Positions 60,036 through 64,000 of a stretch of DNA of 64,000 nt are shown piece after piece. This DNA is from Paraspadella gotoi (lineage: Eukaryota > Animalia > Chaetognatha), in NCBI GenBank assembly GCA_051294375.1, contig CM119263.1:23916423-23980422 (forward strand), in the 5' to 3' direction. Under the pieces are notes generated by a model, which ran no database searches, was not told the origin of the DNA, and worked only from the letters and a program-made list of their open reading frames with translations. How positions within the stretch are numbered: position 1 is the first letter of the stretch; every line of letters starts with the position of its first letter. Position numbers and translations under genes: made by a program.

Positions 60036-60722
60036 GTATATTTGCTTAATCCATAAAACTTCTTTACATCCGAACCCCCCAAAAAACTCCCCGGAAAAAA
60101 AACAGTCCATTTCTACTTAGATCAATCACTTCGGGAGTCTGCCGGGAAACCAAAGAGAAACTATAAAAAACGATTGTAAAACTGTTAATCTCCGAATTCC
60201 GCGGTGAAAAAGGTGCCGTAAAAGAGGAGAGAGAGATGAGAGAGAGCCAGAGAGGGGAGAAGAGAGAGAGAGAGAGAGACGAGAGAGACGAGAGTGAGAG
60301 AGAGAAGAGAACGCACGCGAGAGAGAGAGAAGAGAGCGAGAGCCGACGAGAGAAGAGAAGAGAGAGAGGCAGAGCATGGAATTCTAAAATCCGACGAACG
60401 GAATTGAAGGGAAGAATTCTTTCCGCTGAAAACTCACCAAAAGACTGTTTTTAACGCTTTGAATGTTTTTCTGCCTCTTTTCCTATTTCCTTATTTCTTC
60501 CTTTCCTTTCTTCCTTCTTTTCCTTTTTTCCTTTTTTTTTCTTTTTTTCTTTTCTTTCTTCGGATACTTCATGGTTGTACCAATTTCATAGATACGCTAT
60601 GGATACAACCGCGTCAAATTTTTTATAAATTAACAAAGTGAACGAAAAACAGTTCATCTAAAATTAAATTGTTTTCACCAGTTCAGTCCGGATTCAGGTG
60701 GAAGTGATTTGAATCGGGTTAC

Positions 60723-61157
60723 CTTTACAATTTTTAAGAGGACCGTCTACACACGACATTCCAATGATGTAGACGTGAAAATTCGCAGAAAACTGCCGGA
60801 AATTGTATTGCTTCTCAAATTTGGGGGCCCCGTCATCTTCCAAGATTTTCATCATCGCAGTTTGGTTACGTCTAAGGGTTTATGTTTTATCAGCAACAAA
60901 GATGGCCGGAAATGAACGTTTTTGGACAATGCATGAAAATTTCACCGCTGACCATGGTGGGGTTGGATGATGCGATGCTTATCGAAAGGAACATGGCCGG
61001 TGGGTATATATTTGAAAGTTATCTTGGCCTCGACGAGCCGTTCTGGACTGGCCAATGAAGACGGACGAAGCGGGGCGAAAATGGACGAAAAAACGGAGCG
61101 CAAGCGACGAATTACGCCGGAGGAAAAACGGAAAAGTGAATCAACCATCTCAGCCAC
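60723..61157 (-). CDS. Candidate two-exon fragment of an unidentified gene
   Basis: Open frame ...EAKITFKYIPTGHVPFDKHRIIQPHHGQR ends at a phase-2 GTGAAA donor (exon end 60946). A 74-nt intron ending TTAG is followed by exon 60871-60723, open only in the matching frame (RNQTAMMKILEDDGAPKFEKQYNFRQFSANFHVYIIGMSCVDGPLKNCK), ending AAG|GTAAC. No family recognised. Confidence 0.35.
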
Positions 61158-62587
61158 AACGAAACCTTTTTTATATCTGACGCACGTACGAGGACTTTCG
61201 TCATTAAGAATGTGAGGGAGACGTTTGGCCGGGAAAATAAGACTAGTGGGTGCCAGGGGTGAAGCTGGGGGGGGAGCTTACGGGGTTGATGGTAGGCCAA
61301 GGAGCGGCGGGACGGAGTGAGGGGAGGGGTGGGAGGAAGGAGGAGGGGACGCGTTTTGTGGTTATCGTTGTTTCTCGGTGGATTTAAAATTCAAGGATTA
61401 TGGTTCGCGGGTTAAGGCAGGTCGAGAATGAAGAGAAAGGGAAAGCAGGGAGGGGGGGGGGAGATAGAAGACAGTGATTCTCCGCGTGATCGAGGCCAGT
61501 AGGTTTTAATATAGTCACCGTTCTCATACGGTGAAGAGAGAGAAGCTAAAGTTTGCGGCGTAGATGACGTGGTTGTCCGAGGAATAGTCTTGATCTGAAC
61601 CCAGACGTCGGAACAATGAGTTGTTATGTCTGGTAGTCGGAGGAGGACGAAAGATAGGGCGAGAGAGGAGCGGAGTTTGGTGGGCGTTGGCGGTTCCCAG
61701 GATCTCGAAGGCGTGCGGGAGCGTTGCTAGGCAACGCGTTCGTCTCGATGGTCGTGGTCTCCGGGACCGAGTTGCTTTTCCAAGGGCTTCGTCGTGCGAG
61801 GCGGCGTCTCTAGGCGGAGGCGACTGGGGCGGCAGAAATAATAGTGAAGGAGGAGAAGGATGAGGTAGGCGATAGAGAGTATCTCTTTGGCCTCATCACG
61901 ATCGACCGGTTTCGTCTTCTCTGGGAAAGAGGAGAGAGAAGATAAACACGTCTATATGCTTTCTTCGTCTCTTCTCTTTGATCTCGTCACGAATTCCTGT
62001 CTCTCTCGTATCGTACACCACGTAGATAGCGATACGGAGCTTAGACAGTCCGAGTATACTTCTCTCTCTGGGGATAAGAAAGACTCTTCTCGGCTCCAAT
62101 TCATCTCTTGTTCGTTCTCTCTAATTCCCCTGCTCTTCTCTCCTTCGTCTCGTCCTCTCTCTTTGTATCTTTCCCTTTCTTGGGGAGAAAGCGCCGATAC
62201 ATGTATCTATGCAGGCTGCGCGAAGGGCTATCTAGTCCGCGTCTGGCAAAAAACGTAACGCGCTAAGGATGATAGCGATTCGTTGTTCGTGTGTTGTTCG
62301 TCGTTGATATGTTTGTTGTCGTCGTGTTTTTTCCGCCCTGTCCTGCGTGAACGATTTTGCCAGTTCGTTAACGTCGTCGTCGTCATCTATTCATTGCTCC
62401 TGGTAATTTTACTTCACCCCTGATCATCGCTCTTCATCATATTCGTTAATGTCATCTAGTCTCTTTTTCTTTTCTGCTTCTCGCTTCGCCCTAATCAATT
62501 TTATAGCTGTGGTGATATAAAAATGTAGTAATAGCAGCAGCAATAGCTGTTCATTACATACCTAACTATAAATTAGATTGATGGTTT

Positions 62588-64000
62588 TGTAGATGTGACC
62601 AACAAGAGCGTCAACCGGAAGTGGCGATGTCGTTCGCGTTGGCCGCTCGTGGCGTCTAGATTGTTTATTTTGGCTTGGGTAAAAAGTTTATTTAAACCAA
62701 CTTGCTTGTTCGCTTGTAAAATGGTACCTTAATAAATAATCAAAGCATATAGATATTCAAATGCTTATGCCAGCAAGCAATCGAAATATCTATATTAATA
62801 CGATAACAATAATTAATTAATTAATTAATTAAACGATTACCATCAAATAAACATTACAAGAAAAAAAGGGAAAATTAATAACAAGTATGTGAGTCTGTTA
62901 ATTTTTCCTCTAAACAATTTAAAGTGGTTTCTAAGCTTGATGAAATAATAATGAATTATGTTCAATGGAATCAGCTGGTAGTTGAAAATAAAATGCTCTT
63001 TTGTTTGATTGATAACAAAAGGTCAATTTGGTATATGGAGAGAATTTATATAAAGGTTTATATAAGTGAAATCAATATCATCCAAACAACACGAGCGGCC
63101 ACGAGATGTCGGAATCGACCATGAATGCGAGGACCCCGAGTTCAATTCCACATCCCCCCCAGACGGAAATAATAGGTATTTACATATACGGAACGGTTGG
63201 GCTCATTAGCAGGAAGAATAAAACTGTGTTGTTATGTATACGAACAATATATTGTATTAACTATTCGGAATATCTATAAAAGTTTATGTTGTACTTGCAC
63301 TTATGTTAAAATTTGTTAGTAAGTGACGCAAAACGGAGTTGTAATTTGGACGTAATGAGCTATTTACAGTTTTGTGGGAAAGTTTTCGATTGTCAGTTGC
63401 GAGAATTTCTCCGGAAGTGGGCGGGGTTGACGCTGAAATTTATAGGAGGCGTCAATACTGGGCCTGATTCCATCACCGGTGACGGAGCGGCGCACCAACG
63501 GGAGAGTTGGGTTAAATTCATCATTTTGCTCGGCGGCCTTGGTCGTTACCGAAAGGTGGCGCTGAAAACTCTGGCGAGTCATTGAGCGGGTCGCATATGC
63601 ATCTAGGGATTGCCGCATCATTGACACTACCCACGTTGCTTCTTCAACCGGGGCTAAAGTCTCTTGGCGGCGGCGTCGATTTCTGAGCGAGTGACGCGAG
63701 TAGTAGGCGCGGGGGGGTCGCGTACGCGATCCTGGGCGTCGCCCCGAGGGCGGAGGGAAGGAGGAGGTTGAAATGCTCGCTCCTTCGTCGTTTTCGTCTG
63801 CCAAATCTTTGCCGGCTTTGATCGAGAGATGGCGACCGTTTCTACGCCGCGACCGGGATCTCGATTTGAAGTTCAAATTGTCTCGGGAGATTACCCGGTA
63901 GGGACCTTGATATGGTGCAGACAGCAGTGGTTTTGACGCCAGGACGTTGTACAAGACATGGGTGGCATCGACTAGAGTGTCAGGAAGGTAAATTTGGGGC
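62588..64000 (-). mobile_element. 3' end of a second Ty3/Gypsy element (integrase C-terminal GPY region plus putative 3' LTR), runs off the window
   Basis: Across small frameshifts the minus strand reads LPDTLVDATHV...KPLLSAPYQGPYRVISRDNLNFK...GRGVETVAISR.KPA, a typical Gypsy integrase tail. A PPT-like GGGGGGGA is followed by TGTGGA at 63152. The far LTR end (TCTACA at 62588) is tentative. Confidence 0.75.

Overview
Eukaryotic, most likely invertebrate animal, genomic scaffold. It has GT-AG introns, dense (CT/GA)n, (GAC)n, (TTA)n and (TA)n microsatellites, and N-gaps between 45 and 53 kb. Three protein-coding genes are well supported. (1) An uninterrupted, AT-rich 1161-aa ORF (+, 11410-14895) that reads as an NLR-like STAND/NB-ARC NTPase, with an N-terminal circularly permuted NlpC/P60 (PPPDE/LRAT-type His...Cys) domain, C-terminal ankyrin repeats and a hydrophobic helical hairpin. 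(2) A 7-exon viperin/RSAD2 gene (-, 16522-18741) lying tail-to-tail with it, about 1.6 kb away. (3) A 3-exon, strongly divergent SLC6/SNF transporter (+, 32214-34257). The right end holds an LTR-to-LTR but frameshifted Ty3/Gypsy element (53806-60035), the 3' end of a second Gypsy element, a ~74-bp minisatellite and a candidate two-exon gene fragment. The most interesting signal is the enzyme-armed NB-ARC-ankyrin receptor next to viperin, a possible compact innate-immunity locus. All domain calls were made by eye from motifs; no searches were run.
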